From the IMG/VR virus record IMGVR_UViG_3300042541_001760, positions 186,001-250,000 of that record: 64,000 nt of DNA. One strand, given 5' to 3'. The notes under the pieces are model-generated. The model worked only from the letters and a program-made list of their open reading frames with translations, did not search any database and had not been told where the DNA came from. Of the stretch, positions 55,701 through 64,000 are shown piece by piece; position 1 is the stretch's first letter; the number at the start of each line of letters is the position of its first letter. Both the position numbers and the translations under genes were made by a program.

Positions 55701-58700
55701 TAACATCAACGCCGTCATAAGGATTATTAAATGTTAAAATAGTACCAGATTCAATTTTTTCCTCCAACATTAACATCATTATATTATCGTAATGAGTTCC
55801 ACCATTGAATCCCTCATTAAATCTGACTCTTATTTGATTTGTACCTCCACCTAAACAATAATCACTACCATTAACGGTATCTATAACTCTAACACTATTA
55901 TTAGAATTTCCAACATATAAATAATCATTAGTCGTATTATACACCGCAAAACTAGGGGTTGATCCAACGGATATCGTATTAATCACAGAATTAATTGAGG
56001 TATCAATAACACTAACTGTATTGGATAAGGTATTTCCAACATATAAACGATTTTCCCCTGAAACATACGTACCAAAGGAAGGATTTGTTCCTGGTCCTAT
56101 GGATATTATTGTTATCAACGAATTATTATTTATGGTATCAAAAACACTAACATCACCGGAACCACTATTTCCAACATATAGATAACCATTATCAGGATTA
56201 TATGTCCCAAAAGTAGGGTTTGTCCCTGGACCTATAGTTATTAAGTCAATTACCGTAACACCAGATATTACACTAATAGTACCATCCCCTCTATTTCCAA
56301 CATATAAACAATTATTATTGGGGGTATATGTTCCGAAAGAAGGATTATTACCAACTGATATTGTTGGTATTGTACTAGACGTACCTGATATTACACTAAC
56401 AGTACCATCTCCTTTATTTCCAACATAAACGCAATTATTACTAGGGTTGTATGTTCCGAAAATAGGTTGGTCTCCAACATTTTTAATTCCAGCAATTCCA
56501 TTATTTACGGTATTTATAATAGTAACAGTATCACTCGCATTATTTCCAACATATAGATATTGATTAACAGGATTATATGTTCCGAAAGAAGGATTATTAC
56601 CAAAAAGAATTATCGAACCACTCGCAACATTGTTTGTGGTATTTATTGGTTTAACTTGACCATTAGCACCACCAAATCCAACATATAAAGTATTATTGAC
56701 ATACGTTCCAAAAGTAGGATTTGAACCGACTGATATCGTACTAACCCCCCCATTATTCGCGGTATCAATAGCACTAACATTACTAGATCCATTATTTCCA
56801 ACATATAAACGACCATTTGGCGCATATGTTCCAAAGATAGGATTTGTTCCAACGGTGATTGATCTTGTATCCGTTCTCTTATTTAAATCACCTGTAGTAT
56901 TAATCTCAGCATTACCTTCACCAAAAAACTTACCCTTAAAGTTCATCATATTAACGCTTTCCGGTATAGTTAATCCTTGAACCCAAATAAAACGACCATC
57001 ACTAAAATTATCTCTTTGTGGTGTTCTAAAAGCGGCTGAATATTGTAAATTATTAGATATCCAACCCGCAGCAAATCTTTGTATTGGCCCAATAACCTCA
57101 TCATAATCAGTATTAACGTCATAAGATCCTGGATCAATTATATTTGCCAATATACTACTATTAGTAAATAGTGGTGGTCTATATGTGGATCCTGGATTAT
57201 TAAACCCTTCGTTTGTTGGAGTACATGAACAGAGTTGGCATTCGGGAAAAACAAATAACGGGATTGCTAATTGACTAAATCTATTTTCTATGTCAATTAA
57301 AACCTGCCAATTTTCAAAGGGTCGTAAAGTAAACGATAAAAGGCTACCACTATATCCGATTCCGAAGTTCCTTATTTTTGAAACTAGAAAGCATATAACG
57401 TGAAATATTGTTACTACCAATTTTAATATGATAGAAATAAAGGACGATACAATTACAAATAGTAAAAACAATAAATCAAATCTATATTGAGCATCATTGG
57501 TTGGAAATTTATTACTTGTACTTTCACAAGTTTCATCGGTAATGTTTTTAATTCCTAAGTATTGTCTTTGTCTATTACCTTTCGTGAATCTTGTTACAAG
57601 TTGAGATATCGTATAAACTTTATTATATGACATCTCGTAGAATTTATCTTCACAATTTATAGCCTCCTGTATAATATCATCACCAAATGATGACCCTGAA
57701 TACCCATAATCATCCCAATCTAAACTAAATGCATATGATTTCTTAGCCGCAATATATCCACCTGAAGTGGATGCGAAATTTATCAGAGGATCATCATCGG
57801 GATTATTTGAATCCCACCCATTTTCTTTTACGTTTGGTATTAAGAAGTTTGCTCGTTTAATTGGTTCACCCAAACTTGGTGACTGATTCCATTTTACTTT
57901 AAATCTATATTTAGATTTGGTTGGTATTCCTTTTCTCTCATCATTTGAGAATATTTGCTCACCAAATTCATTTGTTATTATAAAATCCAAATTCATTGGT
58001 ACATCTAATAGCCAAGCACCATCAGAATCGATAACTTTACCGTTGTTTTCAAACTCGTACTCCTCTAAAATAGGTCTACCGTTTATATCTTGTTTAATCG
58101 TTTGTCTAATCGCCAATATCTGACCCGGTCCTGAAATTAAATTACATTGGTATCCAGATTTTTTAATTGGTTTACAATTTTTTCTTAACGCCGATTCATC
58201 AGTATCGGATATGATTGAACCCATAAAAATCGCGGTAGGTTTAATGGTGATACTAGCCTCGGCAGTTAAATCAAAATCGGTTCTTGTAATTGATGGTTGA
58301 CAAATTTCAGGTTCACCCCACAATGGTAAAACCTCAACTGTCTTATTTAAGAAGATAATCTGTGGTAATGTTGTTAAATTCTCTGATGTTTGGAATTTAG
58401 TTCCGTTAACTTGACTCTCGGTGGCTACACCTATTCTTATTAAATCCTGTGGTGATTGTGAAAACGGACCCATATCTGATAAATCCAAATTCATTAAGAT
58501 TGTGTAACTACCAACAGGAACTCCAAATATCATAAAGTCACCACTGTCATTGGTTGTTACAGTAAATTTATAATACTTGTCATATAACTCAATTGCGGTA
58601 GGATTTGTTAATACATCTTCTAAGTCAGGAAATGACCCTGTGGCTGCGTGTCCAGGAAATGATGGTTTGTAAGGTAATAAATTATATTTATAACCATCCT

Positions 58701-58992
58701 CATTAATATCACTTATTGTTTTATAAGGATATATTTCACTGATGGTTGGATTTAACTCGTCATCGGCGGTTATTGGTATGAATAACGATAATTTAGCGTT
58801 AGGTACACCATATCCATCATTGACGGAAACCCTACCAGCAATAACACCATAATCGGAACATTGTCTTACATATATCTCGCTTTGTGATAATTTTAAGGAT
58901 AATATTTCCAAAAAATCAAAATCTTGATCTAAATTTACGGTTACTGATTTATCAACGCCAACCTGCGTTCTTACCCTATATGACTTCGACAT
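52789..58992 (-). CDS. Very large (2067 aa) tail/baseplate protein with an inserted YVTN-type beta-propeller
   Basis: Baseplate operon position; eight tandem ~42-aa repeats (I.VG.NP.FGTY....LYVGN....VSVID). Confidence 0.75.
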   Translation of the reverse strand: MSKSYRVRTQVGVDKSVTVNLDQDFDFLEILSLKLSQSEIYVRQCSDYGVIAGRVSVNDGYGVPNAKLSLFIPITADDELNPTISEIYPYKTISDINEDGYKYNLLPYKPSFPGHAATGSFPDLEDVLTNPTAIELYDKYYKFTVTTNDSGDFMIFGVPVGSYTILMNLDLSDMGPFSQSPQDLIRIGVATESQVNGTKFQTSENLTTLPQIIFLNKTVEVLPLWGEPEICQPSITRTDFDLTAEASITIKPTAIFMGSIISDTDESALRKNCKPIKKSGYQCNLISGPGQILAIRQTIKQDINGRPILEEYEFENNGKVIDSDGAWLLDVPMNLDFIITNEFGEQIFSNDERKGIPTKSKYRFKVKWNQSPSLGEPIKRANFLIPNVKENGWDSNNPDDDPLINFASTSGGYIAAKKSYAFSLDWDDYGYSGSSFGDDIIQEAINCEDKFYEMSYNKVYTISQLVTRFTKGNRQRQYLGIKNITDETCESTSNKFPTNDAQYRFDLLFLLFVIVSSFISIILKLVVTIFHVICFLVSKIRNFGIGYSGSLLSFTLRPFENWQVLIDIENRFSQLAIPLFVFPECQLCSCTPTNEGFNNPGSTYRPPLFTNSSILANIIDPGSYDVNTDYDEVIGPIQRFAAGWISNNLQYSAAFRTPQRDNFSDGRFIWVQGLTIPESVNMMNFKGKFFGEGNAEINTTGDLNKRTDTRSITVGTNPIFGTYAPNGRLYVGNNGSSNVSAIDTANNGGVSTISVGSNPTFGTYVNNTLYVGFGGANGQVKPINTTNNVASGSIILFGNNPSFGTYNPVNQYLYVGNNASDTVTIINTVNNGIAGIKNVGDQPIFGTYNPSNNCVYVGNKGDGTVSVISGTSSTIPTISVGNNPSFGTYTPNNNCLYVGNRGDGTISVISGVTVIDLITIGPGTNPTFGTYNPDNGYLYVGNSGSGDVSVFDTINNNSLITIISIGPGTNPSFGTYVSGENRLYVGNTLSNTVSVIDTSINSVINTISVGSTPSFAVYNTTNDYLYVGNSNNSVRVIDTVNGSDYCLGGGTNQIRVRFNEGFNGGTHYDNIMMLMLEEKIESGTILTFNNPYDGVDVNMSATTQANAYGTYSVTGNPINVSGTTTVSYTDPITGGRKVTNYNITQTNSDTDRYLKYPTGIEYFQVITAMTFDEYSNILVSSGWLQDKREQESFFARIFNNWTPINQSIGTNGPDIRANTNSPGLWSWINLWSLYSDKPNALITIMVRGVDPHSSRIPIKYGLGRLFGRTTHFDVSVIGDFKMNIPLQPNDGLDFGQSLQIGSDVIAYNNAHRCVNHTNIINNTSVDTGYSNGRLFFPSYHFQPDQWTPFPTYRSSNYSSLDENSNVVGYAPGGTPPAMYSSIAEYTFIGGTNGTTGGGLRVGGKNMYARLPGSQIDGPSDSGYCGFPVNYVAPTVPPAPPANVEIMQFVGKRYAIGESVEGGSMVGMRSEINTLNNGTRTALGSVYFSPKYLPTVNTIMSDSNRIVMRTDRMPTSDLFQSFNTVNTIIPQGMNMMANGQFTVYQLSDEGVVAGVNPASGTQAFPGDDPDIRITGSTEPESFGSVDKVLDSFACEHLVPIGCYQNVNDTLDILPAASCQFYTSGGYAQFFIGGSCYNLVHANYLGAHLTKDLQLVTEWLSRMNINFGACREVFSHTFFNNWVNGSLYMFPFKTTRYFTGPNGNPPNIPYNKYCKDTIYLDPDTSNFYYRSSPYDEATDDFVGKKGFYDGSNLLGNSRNLMFPTTMMDLGPRDELQKFLSQSGNWDGYIMNKLNSTTFGDTSEILNIFILSRFASTSFGALFGTPAGASIMNYFSRPKRFVDADFSQMIATNSQLGISAFEPANYPEPAINSGFNSPLYFPGGVGSYKDITFGIFYTGDSQLRDYISPNRTLYNPDGLIGINNDCNFTYIPVTTQTVPFYLWQIFNNSGNDNIFGKQTNDWVFGGAGANAFKYGYQKIDRLYGGVNGSRTFQPSPSVTEIKYNKGWIYNVDGPLVINPATGESDYKPEPGISGKYNLGAPFYFYFGLAKGASAFDRFTAKWIDTDAFAD
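55868..56870 (-). repeat. Eight YVTN/YncE-like beta-propeller blade repeats
   Basis: Visible at protein and DNA level (recurrent ttccaacata on the plus strand). Confidence 0.85.
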
Positions 58993-59063
58993 TTAATACT
59001 TTTTGAATAAATAGTTTATATTCTACTTTCAAAAAATAATTGATTTAATAAAAAAATAAATTA

Positions 59064-60902
59064 TCAACTGAAATTAACCGTTTTTAGGTTTTTAACCCTA
59101 ACTCTAATATCTCTGCCGGGATATCTAACTTGATATATCTGTGTCGGTTCAGCAAATATCGTATCATCAATAAGTTCTATTTGTCTTGTTGTTGAATCCA
59201 AATATCTTTGTGAGGTTTGTGATGATGAGTATTGACCCCCAACTTCATTTATAACATCTATTGCCGCCACACTAATAACACCGTTTAAAGTTTGTACTTG
59301 TCTTCTTATTTCAGATATATAGACATTCTCACCCATCTCTCTAACTGATGGTGAGAAGTATTTAGTTACAATATCAACCATTTGTGAAATAACCACACCT
59401 TGGTTTTGACTTGAATCCAATACAACCGATATGTCCATACTAAGGTCAACAACTTGAGCACTTTCTACGGATATATAGTCATTAATCATTCGGTAGTTTG
59501 AAAGGTAGTTAGCAATGTTTGTTTTAAGTGTGTTTGAAATAACATTACTTAATCCTCCACTTGAATCGTATGATAATATCTGAATTTTAATTTTATTCTC
59601 TTGTTCGGTTACCGCTACTTTGGCGGGTGCTCCGAATTGTGAAGGCATTTTTCTAATTAAAGATTCGTAGTCATTAATTGTTACCGCTCTGTTTTGTGCC
59701 GCAAAATTGTATGTTACATAGTTTCTTACTTCCTCAATAGTTGGTACATTTGCCCCACCTATTGCGGCGGTTGTATTATTACATGTTAATGTATTAACTA
59801 CCGTTGTATTTTGTGTTTGTGATGGACCGTTAACGAAGAATGAGACCGTACCTAATTGATTAAGGACATTGACACCTAAATTGGTTGATATACCACCACC
59901 AACTCTGTATTGGATGAATAATGTGGTGTTAGCCTTCAATGTACTACCCAAAGCAAAGTTGTTTGAGTATTTTTGTAGATTCATGGGGTTACCATTGGCG
60001 GCAAAATCTCTTAATTGTTCGTCCGCCGATTGACTACCCCCACCGAATATCATTTTAAAGAAACTCTCAGGAGTAAATTCTGTTATAAATCTTGTAGGCG
60101 CCGGAACATATTTACCCACCTTTACACCAGGTTGGTCTGATACTTTAGTTGGATCCTCAACAAAAACTTTGTCCTGTATTAAAGCATCAACTTCGTACCA
60201 TCTATTATCTAATCCCAAGAATTCATTATCTGTTGGTATATTCGCATATTGTGTTCCGTCTTTTAATAATACACTTGTTACACCTAAAACATTTTTTTCA
60301 GGTAAGAATAACTCAAAAAATGGTCTTACATCGTTTGATGATATAACTCTTTTGAACACTTTAGTAATACCGTTAACTACGGTTTCTCTTTTTGTAATCG
60401 TATAATTAATAATCTTATTATTGGCATCAAAGTTTGGAACTTTGGTTCTGTTTGGAAACCCTTCGTTATTATATGGTGATGAAAAATCTATGTCATATAC
60501 GGTCTCAAATGTTTGACCCGCACCATTTATCTGTGACCCCCTTCTTAGGATACCACAATACCTAATATCCTCTTTATCTCCGAAAGCCGGAACAGTTATT
60601 GAGAAATCAACTAACGCAACTGATGGTCTTTGTCCGGGTATTTTAAGTCCATAAGTTCTGGCAATGTTGTATATTGATGACCTCTGTTGAGCGTATTGTA
60701 ATACCGTTTCTTGAATACTTCTATCAATATTAAATTGTAGGTTGTCTGATACCGCAGCATTTAAATCAAGTAACACCGAGAATGTTGAAGCGTCATTTAC
60801 GTTAGATAACAAATCAGGATAGTATGTTTTAACAAAATTAATTAATTCCGTTCTTATCCCCTGAAAATCTCTCGTAGTATAGGATATTTTTTTATTTGCC
60901 AT
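59064..60902 (-). CDS. Baseplate wedge protein (T4 gp6 / baseplate J-like)
   Basis: ISYTTRDF.GIR.ELI, ARTYG.K..G.RPS, QNRAVTINDY, MPSQFG.PAKV; adjacent to gp25. Confidence 0.85.
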   Translation of the reverse strand: MANKKISYTTRDFQGIRTELINFVKTYYPDLLSNVNDASTFSVLLDLNAAVSDNLQFNIDRSIQETVLQYAQQRSSIYNIARTYGLKIPGQRPSVALVDFSITVPAFGDKEDIRYCGILRRGSQINGAGQTFETVYDIDFSSPYNNEGFPNRTKVPNFDANNKIINYTITKRETVVNGITKVFKRVISSNDVRPFFELFLPEKNVLGVTSVLLKDGTQYANIPTDNEFLGLDNRWYEVDALIQDKVFVEDPTKVSDQPGVKVGKYVPAPTRFITEFTPESFFKMIFGGGSQSADEQLRDFAANGNPMNLQKYSNNFALGSTLKANTTLFIQYRVGGGISTNLGVNVLNQLGTVSFFVNGPSQTQNTTVVNTLTCNNTTAAIGGANVPTIEEVRNYVTYNFAAQNRAVTINDYESLIRKMPSQFGAPAKVAVTEQENKIKIQILSYDSSGGLSNVISNTLKTNIANYLSNYRMINDYISVESAQVVDLSMDISVVLDSSQNQGVVISQMVDIVTKYFSPSVREMGENVYISEIRRQVQTLNGVISVAAIDVINEVGGQYSSSQTSQRYLDSTTRQIELIDDTIFAEPTQIYQVRYPGRDIRVRVKNLKTVNFS

Positions 60903-60908
60903 AATCTA

Positions 60909-61367
60909 TTAAATATTAATTATTATAAAATCACTTGACTCAAATACATTAGATGTGATTTTATAATCTATTCTAACTTTAGCGGTATGTTCTTTTGTTC
61001 CGATACCGGGAACTCTAAAAACCCTCTCATCACCACTTATTACGGTAACATTTGGGTCGTCTTCTTCTGTTGATGCGTCATAAACGGCGATTTTCGTTAT
61101 TACCAAATTAGGTACGTATTTTGAAACTGAATCTCTTATTTCTGATTCTATCTCGGAGAATGTTGGTCCGTCTAATGGTTCAAATATATATTCAAGTAGT
61201 CTAGTTCCGAAGTCAGGTAAAAAATATCTTGTCCCCTTTCTCGTTAATAACAGATGTATAAGGTCAGTTCTAATCTCCTCCTCAATGGTTGATGATAAAT
61301 CTAAAAATCTACCATCAAATGAATCCCTGAATGGGAAATTTATTCCATATGTAACGCCGTTTGCCAT
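60909..61367 (-). CDS. Baseplate wedge protein gp25-like (GPW/gp25 family)
   Basis: LI.LLLTRKGTR.F.PDFGTRL..YIFEP...I..EI..SV.KY.P. Confidence 0.9.
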   Translation of the reverse strand: MANGVTYGINFPFRDSFDGRFLDLSSTIEEEIRTDLIHLLLTRKGTRYFLPDFGTRLLEYIFEPLDGPTFSEIESEIRDSVSKYVPNLVITKIAVYDASTEEDDPNVTVISGDERVFRVPGIGTKEHTAKVRIDYKITSNVFESSDFIIINI

Positions 61368-61370
61368 ACA

Positions 61371-61378
61371 TATAAATA
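61371..61378 (-). promoter_or_regulatory. Putative late promoter TATTTATA
   Basis: Exact motif 3 nt upstream of ATG 61367; second copy at 61407-61414. Confidence 0.6.
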
Positions 61379-61416
61379 TAGTGCCTCTAATTTTTCTTTA
61401 AATAGGTATAAAATAA

Positions 61417-61443
61417 AAAATCACGACGAATTGTCGTGATTTT
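61417..61443 (-). terminator. Intrinsic terminator after nrdA
   Basis: AAAATCACGAC-GAATT-GTCGTGATTTT 11-bp stem with T-run. Confidence 0.8.
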
Positions 61444-61451
61444 AAATGTGA

Positions 61452-63866
61452 TTAGGATGAACACCCAAAACAATCAACTAAACTACTGTCAGGTTTTGGT
61501 GGTAAATTCATTTTAGAGTAATCAATCTCAGGTAGTGGTTGATTAGTTTGACTAATATCCACCGCTAAGTGTTTCGCTCCCGTTGATATCGCCTTTGTTC
61601 TAACATAATAACAAAGTGTCTTTAATCCTTTATCCCACCCGTGAAAGTGTGATGTAGTAATTTTAGATACCGTTGGATTAGCCAAGTAGATATTCATTGA
61701 TTGTGATTGGTCAATGAATGGTGCTCTATCGGCCGACATATCAATTAATTCTCTTTGTGATATCTCCCAAATTGTTTTGTATTTCTTAAGTAGATACTCA
61801 ACTCGTTTAACCTTTTTAGAGTGATTCTTATCTTCAGGATCCAAATACTTATTAAAGTTAATGTTTTGAATTGACCCCTCGTTCATAATGATTTCGTGTT
61901 TAACCGATTCGTTCCAAATACCCATCTTCTCAAAGTCATTGATAAGATACTTGTTAACAATCATAATCTCACCACCGACAACTCTACGATTAAATAATGC
62001 CGAGTGAGCCGGTTCTGTCATTTCAAATGACCCTGTGATTTTTGCCGATGACGCTACAGGCATTTGTGCGGTATTTAAACTATTACAAACTCCATATGTT
62101 TTAACATCCTCTTTTAGTGAATCCCAATCCCATAATCCTGATACATCTTCGTTAGTTAATCCCCACATATCAAATTGGAAAATTCCTTTTGACATTGGTG
62201 ACCCGTCAAAGTATTTGTATGGTTGATATTCACCAGTCTTACAAAGATTATTACTTTCATAAACCGCTCCGTAATAGATTGTTTCAAATATCTCTTTGTT
62301 TAACTTCTTAGCCTCATCAGATGTGAACACATAATCCATTAGGAAAAATACATCAGCAAGTCCTTGTGTTCCGATGGCAATGGCTCTTTGTTCCATACCA
62401 CCTTTTAAACCCTTTTCAGTTGAGTAGTGATTGATATCAATAACTTTATTAAGTGCTCTGACAACCTTTCTTGTTTCGTGAAACAATAAATTAAAGTTAA
62501 ATTTACCATCAATAATGAAGTTCTTTAGAATCATTGAAGATAGGGTACAGATTGCGGTCGTATCTTCGTCCGTGTATTGATAAATCTCGTTACATAGATT
62601 GGATTGTTTAATAACCCCGATATTCTGATGGTTCGTCTTTCTGTTAGCACTATCTTTTGAACATAGATAGGGAACTCCGGTCTCAATCTGAGATTCAATA
62701 ATCTTATACCAAATACTCTGAGCGGTAACTTTCTTACCTAATCCCATTTCAACCGCCTTGTTATAGTTCTCTTCATATTCTTCACCATAACATTCTTGTA
62801 GTGGTTTAATACCTGCTCTTTTAATGTCGTTAGGACAAAATAAATACCAATCGGAACTCTCTCTAACTGCTCTCATAAAGTTATCAGGAATCCAAAGTGC
62901 GGTGAATAAATCTCTCGCTCTTAATTCTTCTTGACCTGTGTTTTTCTTAATATCCAATAGGTCAAAGATGTCTTTATGCCAAGGTTCAATGTAGATTGCG
63001 GCACTTCCAGGTCGTCTTCCTTGTTGGTTAAAGAATCTCAATGACTCATTAACGATTTTAAGGTACTTAAGTAATCCACCCGCGAATCCACCTGATGATG
63101 AAATTCTACTTTCTTTAGACCGGATATTACTCATAGATAAACCAATACCTGCAGCGTCTGATGAGTATGTTGAGATGTCAGTTAATGTATTCAACAATCC
63201 ACTTCTTGAATCACTATTGTTATAGTGTAACACACAAGATGCTAGTTGGGGAACAATAGTTCCCGAATTAATCATAATCGGTGTTGCCGGTGATATTAGT
63301 TGTGTGGATAAAGAAAAATAGTAATTAACCGCTTCTTCAAATGATTTTGTAACCCATAGAGCAACCCTCATATACATATGTTGTGGTCTCTCTAATACAA
63401 TACCTTCAGAGTTCTTCAAAAGATACATTTCTTGTAGTGATCTCCAACCAAAATAGTCAAAGTTATAATCATTGTCGTGACGAATAACCTCATCAATGTT
63501 TTCCGCTCCATAACTCTCAATGATTTCCATAAGTTTATCACTTACGATACCATCTACGTGTAGGGTATGCATTGTGTTACAGAAACTTGGGTCAGTTTCT
63601 TTATGGTGTAAAGAGATAGCAATACTTGCCGCAAATCTACTATAGTCATAGTGACTACCAGTATATGAGGCGGATATCTCATAAATCAATTTATCCAATT
63701 CTTTAGTGGTAATCCTACCCTCCGTCGGAACAGAGGTTATGACCTTAATAAAGATTTCGTCAGAATTGACATTTAAAGATTTAGATGCTTTCTTAATCCT
63801 GTTATATATTTTTGAGGGGTTAAATGATGTTTCTTCCCCGTCTTTCTTAATAATTGTTAGTGACAT
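61452..63866 (-). CDS. nrdA: Ribonucleotide reductase class Ia alpha subunit with ATP cone
   Basis: ATP cone, SPATP, QLASC, SNLCNE, CTLSS, MPVASS, TLCYY, C-terminal CxxC. Confidence 0.97.
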   Translation of the reverse strand: MSLTIIKKDGEETSFNPSKIYNRIKKASKSLNVNSDEIFIKVITSVPTEGRITTKELDKLIYEISASYTGSHYDYSRFAASIAISLHHKETDPSFCNTMHTLHVDGIVSDKLMEIIESYGAENIDEVIRHDNDYNFDYFGWRSLQEMYLLKNSEGIVLERPQHMYMRVALWVTKSFEEAVNYYFSLSTQLISPATPIMINSGTIVPQLASCVLHYNNSDSRSGLLNTLTDISTYSSDAAGIGLSMSNIRSKESRISSSGGFAGGLLKYLKIVNESLRFFNQQGRRPGSAAIYIEPWHKDIFDLLDIKKNTGQEELRARDLFTALWIPDNFMRAVRESSDWYLFCPNDIKRAGIKPLQECYGEEYEENYNKAVEMGLGKKVTAQSIWYKIIESQIETGVPYLCSKDSANRKTNHQNIGVIKQSNLCNEIYQYTDEDTTAICTLSSMILKNFIIDGKFNFNLLFHETRKVVRALNKVIDINHYSTEKGLKGGMEQRAIAIGTQGLADVFFLMDYVFTSDEAKKLNKEIFETIYYGAVYESNNLCKTGEYQPYKYFDGSPMSKGIFQFDMWGLTNEDVSGLWDWDSLKEDVKTYGVCNSLNTAQMPVASSAKITGSFEMTEPAHSALFNRRVVGGEIMIVNKYLINDFEKMGIWNESVKHEIIMNEGSIQNINFNKYLDPEDKNHSKKVKRVEYLLKKYKTIWEISQRELIDMSADRAPFIDQSQSMNIYLANPTVSKITTSHFHGWDKGLKTLCYYVRTKAISTGAKHLAVDISQTNQPLPEIDYSKMNLPPKPDSSLVDCFGCSS

Positions 63867-63877
63867 AGTTTTATTTT

Positions 63878-64000
63878 TTAAAAATCCTCATCAAATGAAA
63901 TAGCCTCGTTTAATTTTGCCTTTTGATACTCAATAGTTCTACTTTCAAAGAAGTTACCTTTTGTTTCCACGGCAATTTGTTCCATAAACTTGAATGGTTG
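63878..64000 (-). CDS. nrdB: Ribonucleotide reductase beta subunit, 3' end (partial)
   Basis: Manual translation QPFKFMEQIAVETKGNFFESRTIEYQKAKLNEAISFDEDF*. Confidence 0.9.
   Translation of the reverse strand, partial: QPFKFMEQIAVETKGNFFESRTIEYQKAKLNEAISFDEDF

Noticed and set aside
110-61414. TATAAATA on the plus strand read as T4 gp55-type late promoters
   Set aside because: Relative to the downstream genes the motif is consistently the reverse complement (sense TATTTATA), for both plus- and minus-strand genes.
61452-63866. Intein or intron in nrdA
   Set aside because: The ORF is continuous at a normal length (804 aa) with collinear motifs and no splicing or homing-endonuclease motifs.
5027-63903. 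Numerous short opposite-strand or nested ORFs in the track (e.g. 5300..5482, 11558..12061, 22559..22867, 44625..45014, 63706..63903)
   Set aside because: They lie within longer well-supported genes and have antisense-shadow composition with no motifs or promoters.

Overview
This 64 kb window is AT-rich and gene-dense, with most genes on the minus strand. It looks like part of a large (probably jumbo) contractile-tailed phage infecting a Bacteroidota host. Phage evidence: a gp25/gp6-type baseplate cluster, nrdA/nrdB, primase, SbcCD-like and RuvC-like genes, and an amidase. Host evidence: TAnnTTTG promoters, a Bacteroidota-type primary sigma factor, an Hc1-like protein, Gln(+1) signal peptides, and T9SS and SprB-type domains. 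Layout: (i) 1-13.3 kb, accessory region with a degenerate MetK-like gene, four paralogous small genes, a four-gene exported-protein operon (beta-barrel, propeller-PKD, Ig, Ig plus T9SS type-B CTD), Grx/Trx, a PcfJ-like gene and two LRR proteins; (ii) 13.3-35.4 kb, Dam, DnaJ, probable head-associated and lysis genes, sigma factor, a putative R-M pair, SbcCD, an exonuclease and primase; (iii) 35.4-61.4 kb, tail/baseplate cluster of Cys-rich modular proteins with SprB-like repeats and a YVTN propeller; (iv) nrdA and the 3' end of nrdB. Two promoter classes are visible: host-type TAnnTTTG and a putative late motif TATTTATA. The most striking candidate system is the T9SS-cargo operon behind a putative late promoter, together with virion proteins built from gliding-adhesin (SprB) repeats. 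No tRNA, rRNA, CRISPR array, integrase or transposase was seen. All family assignments come from motif recognition by eye, with no database search.
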